DNA of 64,000 bases. Source: Candidatus Poribacteria bacterium (GTDB taxonomy: Bacteria > Poribacteria > WGA-4E > WGA-3G). The notes beneath the pieces are model-generated. The model had not been told where the DNA came from. It searched no databases and saw only the letters and a program-made list of their open reading frames with translations. This document shows positions 62,003 to 64,000 of this stretch, one piece after another. Positions within the stretch are counted from its first letter, which is position 1. Every line of letters begins with the position of its first letter. The DNA lies in the NCBI GenBank assembly GCA_963663765.2, contig CAXXUA010000005.1, positions 288,001 to 352,000 on the forward strand, in the 5' to 3' direction. The position numbers and the translations under genes are program-made.

Positions 62003-62763
62003 GTAAATGATTTATTATACATTTTTTCTTTTTTATGATGAAATATGAAAATAATTATACATCGTTTTCAGTTAACTGCTTTAGAAGACGTACTATTTTT
62101 TATCCCTCTTGTATTCGGTAGGAGCGACCCGTGGAATGCTATATGGCATTCATATCGTAGGTTTGGACAGAATACATGCAACACCTATAGAGTTGATTCA
62201 CGCATACAAGATGACGTTTCAACATAGATTTCCAATAGATTATATATGATATCTATTGTTCTCAAAACATAAAACACAACAAACCCACACCACCATAAGG
62301 TATAATATTTCCCATACACACAAATAAAATCCAAACTTTTAGTCTTATACAAAATACAGAAAAAGGAGTACCAAAATGACAAAAAACCCATTTAGTTGTT
62401 TTTTTCAAAATTTCGTAAATTCAGAAAACCTTTATAAACCCACACCACGACAAGATCGAAAACACCTGTGAAAAATTCGCAAAAATGAGAAAAAAACAAC
62501 CAAAAAATTCCAATACACGGACCAGGCTCGAAACCAGAAGCATTCAATTGTCTGTCGATTAATCACACACGCTAACATTTTGATTCGTATGTAGGAAGGT
62601 AAAATCGGGGTTGCAAACTATAACTATAAGAGTACATTTCAACAATAGAATGCCTATGTACTACATACAAAATCCTTGACACACATTCCTATTTATGTTA
62701 ACATTAATATATTGCATGATAGGTATAAATAAAAAAAGGGTTTCCGAACTGAAATGAAAAAAA

Positions 62764-62837
<74 letters not shown>

Positions 62838-62856
62838 ATACATAAAATGTCTTAAT

Positions 62857-62885
62857 AGTTTAGCATCTTCAAAAATTTTTGTCAA
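62857..62885 (-). promoter_or_regulatory. Sigma70-type promoter of tRNA-Arg
   Basis: TTGACA-17 nt-TAAACT. Confidence 0.65.
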
Positions 62886-62918
62886 GTATTTGTGTAAGTA
62901 TTGTGGAGGATTCTCATT

Positions 62919-64000
62919 ATGGTAGGTAAAGATCAACAAACTTCGTTCAGCAGCAAATGCAAACGTTTTTTTGCGTTATTTGGAATTGTTCTATTCTTAT
63001 TAACTTATGCACCCGAAATCGTAGAAAGCCGCCGCAGTTTCGGTGGCAGTCGTAGTTTTGGACGCAGCTATAGTCGAAGCTCAAGTCGTAGCTACAGTCG
63101 CAGTTCAACATCAAGGACATACAGTAAACCGAAAAGTAGTAGTAGTTCATCACGAAGCACATATACAAAACCAAGTACGTCAACATCAAGTCGCAGCAGC
63201 TACGGTAGCAGTCGCACAACAGGAACAACTCCTACACGCGGAAGTGCAACCGCGCGCCAGAGACAGACAGCAACGAATCGTGCAAAAACAACGAACACGC
63301 CATCAACACGGAACAGCACGACATCACGTACTCAGCAACGGACAACAACAGCACAGAACAGGAAACAAGTCCGACAACTAACAGCGGAAAATCGCAGTTT
63401 AAAACGCAAGGTTACTACTGCAAACCGACAAACTGCAAGTGCACGTAGACAACAACGCCAAACTATTACAGTTAATAATTTTGGTGGTTACTATCCAATG
63501 GTTGGATACTCAATTTATAGTCGCTCAGCATCTATTGCATATAACAATATGTTGTTCGGTATTTATTTCCATGACCATTATAATCATAGGATCCGTCATA
63601 GTTATTTGTGGCACTACCACCATCGGGACTATGACCGATCACATTGGAGTAAAGAAAAGCAAGAAGAGTACGAATTTTATAAAGATTATTATGAAAGTCA
63701 AGGAGTTGAAGCCAACTCAAGTTACGTTGACCCGGGAACAGATCGTGATGAAAATTACATTGCCTCTTATGTTGATGAAAATCCAGATAAGTTCTATGGA
63801 GAAAATATAGAAACTGTCACCGTTGAAGAACTTCCTGATGAAAAAGCGATAAAACAGGAACTCCTTGCATCTGCAGAATCTCCCAATGTAACTACAAACA
63901 CGCAGCGCGCCCCACCACAGCAGCATACAGTTATCGTTCAGAAAAAAACCTCAGGGGCAACATGGTTTGTCTTAATATTTGGTGCACTCCTCGTCGTTGG
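62919..64000 (+). CDS. Exported Ser/Arg/Thr-rich low-complexity protein with C-terminal TM segment (runs off the window; missing from the ORF track)
   Basis: GGAGG RBS; MVGKDQ...FFALFGIVLFLL signal-like segment, RRSFGGSRSFGRSYSRSSS..., His/Tyr-rich block, acidic block, TWFVLIFGALLVV. Confidence 0.78.
   Translation, partial: MVGKDQQTSFSSKCKRFFALFGIVLFLLTYAPEIVESRRSFGGSRSFGRSYSRSSSRSYSRSSTSRTYSKPKSSSSSSRSTYTKPSTSTSSRSSYGSSRTTGTTPTRGSATARQRQTATNRAKTTNTPSTRNSTTSRTQQRTTTAQNRKQVRQLTAENRSLKRKVTTANRQTASARRQQRQTITVNNFGGYYPMVGYSIYSRSASIAYNNMLFGIYFHDHYNHRIRHSYLWHYHHRDYDRSHWSKEKQEEYEFYKDYYESQGVEANSSYVDPGTDRDENYIASYVDENPDKFYGENIETVTVEELPDEKAIKQELLASAESPNVTTNTQRAPPQQHTVIVQKKTSGATWFVLIFGALLVV

Noticed and set aside
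63043-63810. ORFs 63043-63381 and 63439-63810
   Set aside because: They are alternative frames over the long ORF starting at 62919, which has an RBS and a signal-like N-terminus.

Overview
Bacterial chromosomal window, probably Candidatus Poribacteria (inferred from a LamG protein ending in the VEPQGKFTTTWANLK sorting-like motif, a DUF6785-type transporter, and TPR/sulfatase content). About 35.0-54.5 kb is a contiguous str-S10-spc-alpha ribosomal supercluster on the minus strand that lacks rpmD, adk, map and infA. The rest holds housekeeping genes (serS, mutS, DinG-type helicase, dut-thyA-folA, nagA), three tRNAs, tandem HtrA proteases, an amidase/glycoside hydrolase pair, a sulfatase-transporter-dehydratase cluster, an ECF sigma/anti-sigma pair, two IS elements with defined ends, and nested REP/MITE-like repeats. 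Main observations: (1) a four-gene cassette of phage-like small genes ending in a full-length DnaE with an intact polymerase triad but a PHP TNDCH->TNNCH change, matching the proofreading-dead mycobacterial D226N allele; (2) ribosomal protein S12 with K42N plus P90S/G91N, alongside unusual S5 substitutions; (3) an apparently intact TnpB element inserted seamlessly into a putative toxin gene, so its predicted guide targets the restored toxin allele. All family assignments come from motif recognition by eye; no database searches were run.
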